Assembly: GCA_035528115.1 (NCBI GenBank)
Contig: DATKZF010000003.1
Coordinates: 86,699 to 150,698, forward strand
DNA from: Candidatus Bipolaricaulota bacterium
GTDB lineage: Bacteria; Patescibacteriota; Patescibacteriia; UBA11705; DATKZF01
DNA length: 64,000 bases
Direction: 5' to 3'
The position numbers were made by a program, and so were the translations under genes. The notes below the pieces were generated by a model, which was given only the letters and a program-made list of their open reading frames with translations, was not told the DNA's origin and made no database searches. Positions 1 to 9,014 of this stretch are shown here, in pieces. Numbering within the stretch: the first letter of the stretch is position 1; each line of letters begins with the position of its first letter.

Positions 1-1672
1 ATTGAAACGTCTCTTGGATCAAATCAATGGCGGCCGGAGACTGTCGCAACAAAATCTGGATGGCCGAATTTTGCAAAATGGCTTTGCCTTGAGTGGAGAC
101 CAAAAAGTCGTTAACGTCTTGCGTGATGGTGGTCACGCCCAAATAATATTTTCGACAGCGCTTAACCAGCGCGTAAATAAAATCCGCGGAATCTTTTCTC
201 TGCATCAGCCACCAAGCTTCGTCAATCACCAATATTCTTCGTTTCAATTCCGAACGAACCGTATTCCAAATGTAATTAACGATATTGTAAATGGCCATCG
301 GCCGAAGTTCGTCTTCCAAATCTCTGACGGAATACACGATCAATTGATTTCTGACATCCACATTGGTCGGGGAATTAAACAGTCCGGAAAACGTGCCGGC
401 CGTGTATTTTTTCAACCGAGCGCCCAAATCGGCGCCGCCTTCCATGCCTTCGAAAATATCTTGCAAATCCTGCATGGTCGGGGCTTCAACCTGCTTGCTC
501 AGATCGCTTTCCGGCGTAATGTCCTTTTTAGCGTAAGTTTGCAACAACGCCTGGTCGACCAAGGAGTCTTCTTGATATGTGAGATCACCCAGCATTAGCC
601 TGATCAAACCTTTCAGCGTGATAACCGCGCCCCTGATGATATCTTCGGCGGACGTCATCTCACCGATTGCTCGAGGCAAATCGAACGGATTGATTTTGCT
701 CTCCGAAGCCAGGGAAATATTGACGTATGTGCCGCCGACCGCGTCGCTCAAATGCTTATATTCTCTTTCAGGATCGATAATCATAACATCCGTGCCGAGC
801 ATCAACGTCCTTAACACTTCCAATTTTATGGCGTAACTTTTGCCCGAACCGGAAGTGGCGAAAACCACCGCGTTGGCGTTTTGCAAAGAAAATCGATCAA
901 AAATTATCAAACTGTTATTATGCCTGTTTATGCCGAACAAAACGCCCTGATCGGAAGTCAATTCCGCGGAAATAAAAGGAAACGACGAAGCGATCGGCGA
1001 AGAATTCAAATTAGCGGTGATCATCAGCTCGTCATTGCCGAGCGGCATGGTGGAAATGAACCCTTGCTCGGCTTGATACAAAACTCTTTTGGTATAAACC
1101 AACGTGGAACCGAAAACGTCTTCGATCGTCGCGGTCAAATCATCAAGCCCTTTTTCCGTGTCCGCGTATAAAGTGGTATAAAGCGCGAATTGGAAAAACT
1201 TTTCCACGCCTTGAGTAATGTCGTCTCGTAATTTTTCAATATCAAGCAAAGCCGTTTCTCTCATCGGATCTCGGGGAGCGCCTTTTTCCGCGTCCGCGGA
1301 GAGCTGGGCTCTTAAAATGCCCACTTTGTTTCTTAATTGCTTTAAAACGATTTCCGATTTCATCGGGTAAAAAAACATACTGATGTCGAGCGTGGAATTG
1401 TGATTTATAATGGGAGCGAACCAACCGATGCTGATGTATCGGGGATATGTTAAAATAAACAACGTTCGAGCGAACATGCCGCCGATTCTGACGTGATCGG
1501 GTTTTACTTCCATGGCCGACGGAGCGATGATATCCAAAATCGACACAACACCGCGCTGATACGACTGTTGCTCCTCTATCATCTTCTTGGTCTTCTCGGC
1601 CTTCATTGCTTCCTGACTAATTTCGGGCGGCAACTTTTTTTCCGTCTTTTCGACGCCGATTGGTTTAATCAT
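1..1672 (-). CDS. virB4: VirB4/TrbE/CagE-family type IV secretion ATPase (ATPase portion; 3' end continues beyond window start; absent from ORF track because no stop codon in window)
   Basis: Minus-strand translation from ATG (rc of cat at 1670-1672): MIKPIGVEKTEKKLPPEISQEAMKAEKTKKMIEEQQSYQRGVVSILDIIAPSAMEVKPDHVRIGGMFARTLFILTYPRYIS ... FDRFSLQNANAVVFATSGSGKSYAIKLEVL (Walker A, ~845-870) ... RRILVIDEAWWLM (Walker B, ~200-240). No stop down to position 1. Typical Gram-positive VirB4 (TrsE/PrgJ/Tn916-Orf16-like) layout. Confidence 0.7.
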   Translation of the reverse strand, partial: MIKPIGVEKTEKKLPPEISQEAMKAEKTKKMIEEQQSYQRGVVSILDIIAPSAMEVKPDHVRIGGMFARTLFILTYPRYISIGWFAPIINHNSTLDISMFFYPMKSEIVLKQLRNKVGILRAQLSADAEKGAPRDPMRETALLDIEKLRDDITQGVEKFFQFALYTTLYADTEKGLDDLTATIEDVFGSTLVYTKRVLYQAEQGFISTMPLGNDELMITANLNSSPIASSFPFISAELTSDQGVLFGINRHNNSLIIFDRFSLQNANAVVFATSGSGKSYAIKLEVLRTLMLGTDVMIIDPEREYKHLSDAVGGTYVNISLASESKINPFDLPRAIGEMTSAEDIIRGAVITLKGLIRLMLGDLTYQEDSLVDQALLQTYAKKDITPESDLSKQVEAPTMQDLQDIFEGMEGGADLGARLKKYTAGTFSGLFNSPTNVDVRNQLIVYSVRDLEDELRPMAIYNIVNYIWNTVRSELKRRILVIDEAWWLMQRKDSADFIYALVKRCRKYYLGVTTITQDVNDFLVSTQGKAILQNSAIQILLRQSPAAIDLIQETFQ

Positions 1673-1673
1673 A

Positions 1674-2384
1674 TTATAAATTTTCTATTCTTAATTTGTT
1701 CACGTCCGTCAGCTGTTGCTGTTCGGATATTTTCGGATTGAAAACATTATAATACAGCTCGATCAGACTTTGCGTGTCCATGCGCACTGATTTTAATCCC
1801 ATGCTGTTCAAATTACCCGAAATATTATTGACGCGTTGATTCAATTCCTTGACCATTGATTCGAATTTTTCTTTTTTAATTTTAATTACCGTGCCCGGGG
1901 TGAAAAGCTCGGAAATTTTGGTAAAAAAACCTTTGGGTTTGCCGGTATCGGCAAACGGGCTGAAAGGTATGACCAGAAAAAACTTTTTGCTCATGATATC
2001 GCCCAAATCCACCAATTCGCTGACAAAACTGGTATAATTGTCTATTTGTTTTTTCAACAGCTCATTGGTCACTTCCTTGCTTCGTTCTTTGAGCTGATTC
2101 AAATAATGTTCAATATTCAATTTTCTGGACTGCACCACGATTTGGATGGGAAAATCCAGATAATTCAAAAACTGAACGTAAGCCGAGACTATGGCGTCCT
2201 GTTCTTCTTCGGATTTCAAAGCGAAATTCACGCTTGAGACGAAAAGCACGGCTCGCAAAGTTCCGTCTTTTAATATCACCGTATCGTTTCTGATCTCGGA
2301 AATATCCAAAAAAAGCTGGGTCGACTGCCCCGTTGTTTTTTTCGTCAATTTATCGCTCTGCATTTCAGGCCTTTTTGACGCCAT
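1674..2384 (-). CDS. VirB4 N-terminal domain protein (CagE_TrbE_VirB-like), separate ORF 1 nt upstream of the VirB4 ATPase ORF in a different frame
   Basis: 236 aa. ...TQLFLDISEIRNDTVILKDGTLRAVLFVSSVNFALKSEEEQDAIVSAYVQFLNYLDFPIQIVVQSRKLNIEHYL resembles the conserved N-terminus of Gram-positive VirB4 homologues (SEEEQ ... FLN.L.F.IQI). Stop TAA (rc of tta 1674-1676), then 1 nt, then ATG of the next ORF. Confidence 0.55.
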   Translation of the reverse strand: MASKRPEMQSDKLTKKTTGQSTQLFLDISEIRNDTVILKDGTLRAVLFVSSVNFALKSEEEQDAIVSAYVQFLNYLDFPIQIVVQSRKLNIEHYLNQLKERSKEVTNELLKKQIDNYTSFVSELVDLGDIMSKKFFLVIPFSPFADTGKPKGFFTKISELFTPGTVIKIKKEKFESMVKELNQRVNNISGNLNSMGLKSVRMDTQSLIELYYNVFNPKISEQQQLTDVNKLRIENL

Positions 2385-2413
2385 AAATTTCGATATTGAT
2401 TAATTAAAACGAT

Positions 2414-2911
2414 TTATCCTTCCAACTTTTTTTGCGATTTTATTTGCTCGGCCGCGTCGGATACCACCAGCGGTTTTTCCATGTCGCCGGCGAACATGCC
2501 GCCGGTATTGACAATCAACGACAAATCCGAAAGTCTGGAACCGGTAATAGGAGCTTTGGCGGCCGCGGGTTTGGGCTCTTCTTTCACGTCAGAGACAAAA
2601 ATTTCTTTCATCGCTCTAAGGCGCGCCTCCCGATTCCACACTCTCAGCCTCGGCCGGATCATTGTTTGCAAAAAATTCAACAGAAAATAATGGATCGGCC
2701 GGCCGTTGATTTTGACAAAGGCCAAAGCCCCGAAAATTGCCATGACGAGCACGCCACCGACTATCAAAGTCAATAAATTGCCGAATTGATAAAGCAAAAA
2801 AACGAACAACACGCCAACCAGAAGCAACACGAATTGCCGCACCGTGATCGGCCCGATGATTTTGTCTTCAACATCAATGAATTGCGGCACCAAAAATTTC
2901 TGCAAGGCCAT
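2414..2911 (-). CDS. PrgI/VirB3-like small membrane protein of Gram-positive T4SS (two predicted TM helices plus hydrophilic tail)
   Basis: 165 aa. N-terminal third has two hydrophobic helices (VRQFVLLLVGVLFVFLLYQFGNLLTLIVGGVLVMAIFGALAF). It sits immediately upstream (in transcription direction) of the VirB4 ORFs, as prgI does relative to prgJ. Confidence 0.4.
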   Translation of the reverse strand: MALQKFLVPQFIDVEDKIIGPITVRQFVLLLVGVLFVFLLYQFGNLLTLIVGGVLVMAIFGALAFVKINGRPIHYFLLNFLQTMIRPRLRVWNREARLRAMKEIFVSDVKEEPKPAAAKAPITGSRLSDLSLIVNTGGMFAGDMEKPLVVSDAAEQIKSQKKLEG

Positions 2912-2925
2912 AATAATTCTATACT

Positions 2926-3903
2926 CTAATATTGCAATTTGGAATTAAGCTCCAAAATGGCTTGGAATTCGTCTTGGGACAAAGTCTCTTTCCCCTCTCC
3001 CGCTTTCAGCGCGATTATTTCCGCCACCGGCTTATTTTCTTTAATGCTTTCAAAAGCCAAATTCGTGTAAAGCTGATATACCGGCGATCTTTGCCAAGCA
3101 ATGATCGCTTCATACTTTTTCTGAGCGGATTCTTCGCCCAGTAAATTCACTTTTTCCATTATCTCATTGACAATCTCATCCTTACTTGAACCGAGCCTCC
3201 TCAAGTTCACCAAATCCATGGTTCTCATCTCGTCAAGGGGACCCATGATGGCCGGCGTTACTTCGGTCATGACCGGCCTTGAGTCATCAAGTCCGCTTAA
3301 ATTTTTCCGACCCGCTTCTCTGGCCGGCGAAGCTGGGGTCGGCAAAGTAACTTTTTCCGTTTCGATCAACAAGAATTCACCGCGCATTATCGCCAAACGT
3401 TTTTTCTCTATTTCAGGCAAGGCTTTTTGTATTTCGCTTAAAATCATTTCAGCTTTTTGTTCGTCCAGTCCGAGGCCTCCGGATTCTCTCGCGGAAGTCA
3501 AAACATATTTTATTTCCAAATCTTTTCTGACGCGACGAAAACGCGTAATGATTAATTTAATCAATTTATCTTTGTCCGAGACTGCCACCTCCAAGCCGGA
3601 ATTCCCAATAATTTTTTCGGCTGATTGCGTCAAAACTTTTTCCTCAATCGAGCGTTTCTCCGGCGGCAATTCCTCCAGTTTTTCCGGCGCCGCCTCCGGC
3701 TCCGGCTTTTTCGGCGCTTCTTTTTTTTGCGGCAATTTCACCAATTTCTCAGCTTCAGCCGGGCTTAAAAACCGCTTGGCCTCATCATATGAGTAATATC
3801 TGCCGCTGTAATAATAGAGAAACTTGCCCTTTTCGTCTTTAACCAAAACAAAATCCTCCGCGTTTGGCTGCCCGCCGTTTATATTTTTTTTCACATTGAC
3901 CAT
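2926..3903 (-). CDS. hypothetical protein, T4SS-locus associated (charged, Lys/Glu-rich)
   Basis: 325-aa ORF, tightly packed between the PrgI-like and upstream genes (overlaps next ORF by 13 nt). No recognisable motifs. Confidence 0.5.
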   Translation of the reverse strand: MVNVKKNINGGQPNAEDFVLVKDEKGKFLYYYSGRYYSYDEAKRFLSPAEAEKLVKLPQKKEAPKKPEPEAAPEKLEELPPEKRSIEEKVLTQSAEKIIGNSGLEVAVSDKDKLIKLIITRFRRVRKDLEIKYVLTSARESGGLGLDEQKAEMILSEIQKALPEIEKKRLAIMRGEFLLIETEKVTLPTPASPAREAGRKNLSGLDDSRPVMTEVTPAIMGPLDEMRTMDLVNLRRLGSSKDEIVNEIMEKVNLLGEESAQKKYEAIIAWQRSPVYQLYTNLAFESIKENKPVAEIIALKAGEGKETLSQDEFQAILELNSKLQY

Positions 3904-5363
3904 TTGAATTTTTTCTCCTTCAAATCGTAAAAAGCCAGCTGACTGTATTTTTCCATGCCACGCTTCATATAAATGGAATTCAAATGCGAAGCGACACGGG
4001 CGGACTCCTCAACGGTCAATTCCAACCGCTCCTGTAAAATATATTTCAACAAATAAACGACAAATTGCGGCTCGGTCGGATTGATTGCGAACCCGCCGGT
4101 CAGATTGGCTTTGCCGATTCTATTCAAATAACTGGTCAAATAATCACGATACCTGATGTCTTGTTTTAACAGATCCAAAAAACCTTGTTTTTCCACCAAC
4201 AGCATCAAGGCCGCGATCGTTTTTTCCTTGTCCTTTTTCAAAAATCCCACTTCCAGTTCGTCCGCTATTTTTTTCACGTCATTGCCAACTCTTTTACTGA
4301 GAGCTTCTTTGGCCGCTTCCGCTCTGGCCTGCTCCTCGCGACTGCCCAGATACAAATCGAAAATGTCTCTTGGGGGAGCCTGCGGCTCTTCATTTTTCTC
4401 CGATTCTTTCAATATTTTTCTCATTTCAACAAAATCTTCTTCGGTGAACGGAAAAATGGAAATATCTCCCAAATTCATTTTTTGCGCGTCAGTCAAAAAA
4501 TTCCTGATCGAAACATACGTGTCCAGCAATCGATCCAGCAAAGAAGCTTCTTCCCTATCCAATTTGACGGCGTTCTTGCTGTTCGATATATATTCGGCTT
4601 TTCTGATGGTCGAAACCGGCCCTTCGACGCCTGCTGATGAAATGAAATCCTTCAACCAATTGCCCACGCTGGGGGCGATCTGCTGGCCGGACACCTCGAT
4701 TTGTTCTTTGGTTAAAATTTCAGTGTTATTGATCAATTTTTGCAAAATATCATGTTGAAAATCCGGGTTGCCCGCAAAAAGCAAAACAATGACCATGTTC
4801 AAATCGGATTTAACGCGAAAATCTCCGTATTTGAGAATATCAACCACTTGCTCGTCGAAAATCTTGCCCATGTTTCTCATTTCGGTTTCAGGATCTTTCA
4901 TGACCAGTTCAGCGCTTTTAGCCGAGGCGGCAACCACGGGTTCGGCCAGCGGCGGGGCGACAAAAGCTTTTTCTTTCGCTTCCTTGGCTCCGGCGTCTTC
5001 GAGTTCCAATTCCGATTTGAATCTGGCCATGGCCGCTTGGTAATCGGCCGTGTTGCCGCCGAGCGTGGCAATGTACTTTGACGCCTGCGCTTGAAAATAT
5101 TTATCCAAGACTAAAAAATTTCTGCCCGTTATTTCCAAAGCCAATTGTTCGGCCTTCTTTAAATCGATTTTCAATCTTTTTTTCAGCTCTTTGTCCAAAT
5201 CGATCAATTGAATGGTTTTTGACAAAACATCCTTGACCGTTTGCGACAAATCCAAAATTTGACGGCCGTTCAAATTAAAATCATAAGCGATATCAACGGT
5301 GCTCTCCGCCAAATACGCCGAATGAAAAATTTTATTCGCCAAATTGTCTTTTATATCCGCCAT
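3891..5363 (-). CDS. hypothetical protein, T4SS-locus associated
   Basis: 490-aa ORF. 3-nt gap to the VirB6-like gene upstream. No ATPase or transmembrane motifs recognised. Confidence 0.5.
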   Translation of the reverse strand: MADIKDNLANKIFHSAYLAESTVDIAYDFNLNGRQILDLSQTVKDVLSKTIQLIDLDKELKKRLKIDLKKAEQLALEITGRNFLVLDKYFQAQASKYIATLGGNTADYQAAMARFKSELELEDAGAKEAKEKAFVAPPLAEPVVAASAKSAELVMKDPETEMRNMGKIFDEQVVDILKYGDFRVKSDLNMVIVLLFAGNPDFQHDILQKLINNTEILTKEQIEVSGQQIAPSVGNWLKDFISSAGVEGPVSTIRKAEYISNSKNAVKLDREEASLLDRLLDTYVSIRNFLTDAQKMNLGDISIFPFTEEDFVEMRKILKESEKNEEPQAPPRDIFDLYLGSREEQARAEAAKEALSKRVGNDVKKIADELEVGFLKKDKEKTIAALMLLVEKQGFLDLLKQDIRYRDYLTSYLNRIGKANLTGGFAINPTEPQFVVYLLKYILQERLELTVEESARVASHLNSIYMKRGMEKYSQLAFYDLKEKKFKWSM

Positions 5364-5365
5364 AA

Positions 5366-8107
5366 TTATAATTTTTGAGTCTTAACTTCATTCATGGCTC
5401 GCTTCAATTCATCGACTTCGTTTTGTATCTTTTGCCGCTCGCCGATCATGGCCTTGGCCAGCCTGCTTTCGGCTCCGGACAATTCCGCCTCCAGCTGTTG
5501 GCCGACTTTTTTCACGCCAGCGGATTTGTATTGATTGATGATGTTTTGAACGTTGGAAGAAAAAGAATTCAAATCAATCTGTTCGGGTTCGGGTGCCGCT
5601 TTAGGCGACCAGTTGCCCACCGCCGTTTTAATCGCTTCTTTATCGGCTTTATCCAACAAATCCATAATATCGCTGATGCCGGCGATCGTCGATATATCTT
5701 TTTGAGCCGCCTCTTGCTCCGCTCCGGTACTCTTGTTGGCGACATTTAATTTGCCTTTAACCAATTCAACGGCCAAAGGTTTATTTTCATCCATGATATT
5801 TTTAATTTTTCCATGATCCACCGTCTTAGATAATTCTTCTAAAATCTTTTGCTTTTGGCCCTCGACATCTCCACCAGGTCCCGCTGACAATGTCGCCATG
5901 CGATTGATATCGCCCATGGTTTGTTTTTTAAGCTCGCTTGCCGGTCTCTTGCCCATAAACTCCGCGTAAGCTTTCGGATCCGTATAAACCTCTTGAGGTT
6001 TGCCGGTCATCTTGGCCGTCACATTTTGCCAATCGGCTTTGGTTCCATCTCTCCACAAAGTCGCTTCCTCTTGAGATGTTCTCTGTGTTTCCGGTTTATT
6101 TTTAATGGCCTCCGTCTCCGGCGACAAAGTCATTCCGGCGGAATTGGTCACCGCTGACATGCCTTTCATCAATGACGATCGATGCAGGCCGCCTTTTTCG
6201 TAAACTTTCTTCAACCCTTTATCCGCGTCGTCCTTATAATACTGTCTTAAAAGTTTAATATTTTCTCCGTCTTCATAAAAAGAGCTGTCCTGATCGAGTA
6301 AATTAACCTCGCCTTTGCCCGCAGCCTTAAGCACATCCTCTTGGCCCTTGGGAGTGGAAAAGTCATATTTGAAATTGGCGAATTTCTTTTTAGTCTGCTC
6401 GCCCAAAATACCTCCGAAAGCTCTGCGGCTGGCGATCTTGGAACCGTCCAAGGCTTTTTGCAGGGCGCGCAATGCTTCTTTCTGCTGATCGGTTTTTACC
6501 TCTCCTTTTTCAAGCGCATAAGCGGCATGAGCCACTCGGTCTTCCAGATTCAAGGCCGTATTGCCGATTTGATTGGCCGACTGCTCCGGCTTGCCTTTGG
6601 CTTTTAAGCCGGAAACCATCTCATTGACTTTCTTTTTTCTGACCTCAATATTGGCGGCCATGGCCTTATTGTCAGCTCTCCTGACATCGGACATGAATTT
6701 GGATCCTCCAAGCAAAGCTCCCATGCCGGCCAGGCCTCCGGCCGCAGTGGCTTTAAGGATGCCTCCGCCGCCAGCTTTGACTTCATGCATTCTCTGCGAC
6801 ATTTTTCTGGCGCCCTCCACACTGCCTCTGAGAACTCTAAATGGAGTTTTCGCCATAGACCAAGCTCCGGCGCCGGCCACCTTGGCTCCGCGGCTGAGCG
6901 CTCGGCCGACCGCCGCTCCGGTTTCGGTTTTGCCAATCAGCTTGCCGGCTCCGCCCACGGTCCTGCCCACGGTTCTGCCCGCTGAAACATAAGTGCGTTT
7001 GGATATAGCGCCTTTCAAAGCTCTGCCGGCTTTACCGGCCACGAACCCGCCGACCGAACCGCCCATTTTTTGCGTGGCCATAATCGAGCCGTAAAGCATG
7101 GCCGCGGCCACGGCGAATTGCGCCAAGTTATCTATTTTGCCGCCCTTGGAAACAGTATTCGGTCCCAATGTATCTCCGGTCGGAGATTTACTCTGAGCTG
7201 ATTTTCCGATATCCTCAATGCCATTGGGAGTGCCGGGTTCTTCAAAACCCGTCTGCATCATCAAAAGCGATAACCATAAAAAGAAAGCCAGTATAGGTCC
7301 CATGGCCACCCATTTGCCGAAAGTCGACCACCATTGCTTGGCCATGCCGGCCGTAAACGGCAAAAGAGAACCCACAAAAGCGAACGGCGATAATACCACC
7401 AAAATCCATAAAGTCACGATACGAGCCACCAAGGTCACCAAAATCATAAGGCTGACAATCATAGTGACAAACAACAATATGGTCGCCAAGGCCAAAGCCA
7501 AAACAATATCCCACATATCCAGAGTACCTCCTTCCGGCACGCCGGATGGGTCAATCGACATCCAGGAATCCAATTTCAAACCATTGATGAGATTGGCTCC
7601 GGCTGAAGCTTTGTAACCGTTAACGAAAGTGAGCATGACCACCTGGCCCATATCAATGAGCAGGCCGCAAATCATTTTGCTGAAATTGATCAAAACCGCG
7701 GCAATGATCACTTTGGGCAATAAGGCTTTGATCGAATATTTTTCCACTTTTAAAATCGTTGCAAAAGCGATAATCAGTAAAATAATCACGAAAAACATGT
7801 TGCAAATGTCTCGAATAATCACCCAACCGTTGGTGACGGCCGGATTATCCAAAAACGCGTTGTATGTGCTGATATCCACCACCAATGAAAAAATCATCAT
7901 GGCTATTTTACCGAAAAGAAATGACAAACCAAGAAAAATATAGGCTAAAATATATGAAAATAAATCTCCGATGGCTCCGGCTCTGGCGACCTGGAAATAC
8001 CCCAGTCCTAAAATCAAAAATAAAATAACCAGCACGCTCAAGACGCGAGTTCTTTTCAGCTTCAACAGCCGATATATCGTTGACAGCGATAATTTTATTT
8101 TTGCCAT
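5366..8107 (-). CDS. VirB6/TrbL-like polytopic membrane protein with ~600-aa Gly-rich/coiled-coil C-terminal extension
   Basis: 913 aa. N-terminal ~300 aa contain at least 6 hydrophobic helices (LVILFLILGLGYF, FVIILLIIAFATIL, IIAAVLINFSKMICGLLI, IVLALALATILLFVTMIVSLMILVTLVARIVTLWILVVLSPFAFV, ILAFFLWLSLLMM), typical of the TrbL/VirB6 family. A Gly/Ala/Lys-rich low-complexity region follows (GGSVGGFVAGKAGRALKG...AGGGGILKATAAGGLAGMGALLGG), then a long charged/coiled region. Confidence 0.55.
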   Translation of the reverse strand: MAKIKLSLSTIYRLLKLKRTRVLSVLVILFLILGLGYFQVARAGAIGDLFSYILAYIFLGLSFLFGKIAMMIFSLVVDISTYNAFLDNPAVTNGWVIIRDICNMFFVIILLIIAFATILKVEKYSIKALLPKVIIAAVLINFSKMICGLLIDMGQVVMLTFVNGYKASAGANLINGLKLDSWMSIDPSGVPEGGTLDMWDIVLALALATILLFVTMIVSLMILVTLVARIVTLWILVVLSPFAFVGSLLPFTAGMAKQWWSTFGKWVAMGPILAFFLWLSLLMMQTGFEEPGTPNGIEDIGKSAQSKSPTGDTLGPNTVSKGGKIDNLAQFAVAAAMLYGSIMATQKMGGSVGGFVAGKAGRALKGAISKRTYVSAGRTVGRTVGGAGKLIGKTETGAAVGRALSRGAKVAGAGAWSMAKTPFRVLRGSVEGARKMSQRMHEVKAGGGGILKATAAGGLAGMGALLGGSKFMSDVRRADNKAMAANIEVRKKKVNEMVSGLKAKGKPEQSANQIGNTALNLEDRVAHAAYALEKGEVKTDQQKEALRALQKALDGSKIASRRAFGGILGEQTKKKFANFKYDFSTPKGQEDVLKAAGKGEVNLLDQDSSFYEDGENIKLLRQYYKDDADKGLKKVYEKGGLHRSSLMKGMSAVTNSAGMTLSPETEAIKNKPETQRTSQEEATLWRDGTKADWQNVTAKMTGKPQEVYTDPKAYAEFMGKRPASELKKQTMGDINRMATLSAGPGGDVEGQKQKILEELSKTVDHGKIKNIMDENKPLAVELVKGKLNVANKSTGAEQEAAQKDISTIAGISDIMDLLDKADKEAIKTAVGNWSPKAAPEPEQIDLNSFSSNVQNIINQYKSAGVKKVGQQLEAELSGAESRLAKAMIGERQKIQNEVDELKRAMNEVKTQKL

Positions 8108-8243
8108 TATTGCCAGATTTTTTTTAAATCTTAATAAAATCTAGGCGCCACGCTAGTTATTTAAATTATAACATAAAAACTGCTCGCTCCCAAGTGGTTT
8201 TTTGGAGTTATCAACACGGTTAAAAAAACTGATAAACAATATA

Positions 8244-8378
<135 letters not shown>

Positions 8379-8381
8379 CGA

Positions 8382-8846
8382 TCATGAAATATACTGATTA
8401 ATCGATTGCTCATCCAAAAACGCATACGGCCACGCAAAATATTTATCTGACAACCCCGCCACGCCCGGGTTATTACCCAAATATCTAACGCTTCGATAAA
8501 TAGCATCTTCATCTTCCAATAATCCGTGATAGAATCCTTTTTGCCAAAATTTTATATTCCAATTACATTGCTCACGAATCCTTTTATAAAAACAGGCTTT
8601 TACCCGTTGCATAAACGTCGATACGTTTGATAATCTTGTTTGCATTACAATATGCAAATGGTTTGGCATAATTTGAAAACAAAATATGTTGCATTTCAAT
8701 TCTTTCCCCTTTTCAACTATCACGTTCGCCAATGCGTTCGCAATATGAATATTTTTAAAATATTGACGCCTATCTTTTGTATTTGTCGTTAATAAATAAG
8801 GAACATCTACGTATATTCTTTTTTGCGTCATATTTTCAATTTTCAA
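8382..8846 (-). CDS. IS200/IS605-family Y1 (HUH) transposase homologue, REP-associated tyrosine transposase (RAYT)-like
   Basis: 154 aa. HuH-type motif IMPNHLHIV and a downstream conserved Tyr region (FWQKGFYHGLL, YIS). Flanked on both sides by direct copies of a GC-rich hairpin-bearing repeat (8244-8378 and 8848-9013). The ORF-track start is TTG; ATG at 8829-8831 (MTQKRIYV...) is an alternative start. Confidence 0.6.
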   Translation of the reverse strand: MKIENMTQKRIYVDVPYLLTTNTKDRRQYFKNIHIANALANVIVEKGKELKCNIFCFQIMPNHLHIVMQTRLSNVSTFMQRVKACFYKRIREQCNWNIKFWQKGFYHGLLEDEDAIYRSVRYLGNNPGVAGLSDKYFAWPYAFLDEQSINQYIS

Positions 8847-8847
8847 T

Positions 8848-9013
8848 CAGAGCGGAGAGTCAAGCTCTCCGCTTGGATTGGAAATAAGCACCCACCCTCA
8901 CCAGCGGAGAGACCTGCCTGCCGGCAGGCAGGTCTCTCCGCTCCGCTGAGGTTGATCAAAAAAATAATATATATCCTCACCAGCGGAAAGCTCGCCTTTC
9001 CGCTCTGCTGGGC
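8848..9013. repeat. REP-like GC-rich hairpin repeat (right flank of RAYT gene), direct copy of 8244-8378, with a perfect 19-bp-arm palindrome
   Basis: agcggagagacctgcctgcc|ggcaggcaggtctctccgct (8906-8945) is a perfect inverted repeat. Third hairpin agcggaaag-ctcgc-ctttccgct follows. Confidence 0.7.
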
Positions 9014-9014
9014 T

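Noticed and set aside
2-1171. Plus-strand ORFs 2-598, 579-836 and 881-1171 from the ORF track
   Set aside because: They lie antisense to a continuous minus-strand reading frame encoding a VirB4-like ATPase with Walker A/B motifs. They start at TTG or have no recognisable features.
3167-5081. Plus-strand ORFs 3167-3796, 4156-4758, 4185-4637, 4740-5081
   Set aside because: Antisense to the tightly packed 325-aa and 490-aa minus-strand genes. Low-complexity translations typical of the non-coding frame in AT-rich DNA.
6573-6992. 139-aa Ala/Pro-rich plus-strand ORF and 110-aa minus ORF 6604-6936
   Set aside because: These are alternative-frame artefacts of the locally GC-rich region encoding the Gly/Ala-rich segment of the VirB6-like protein.
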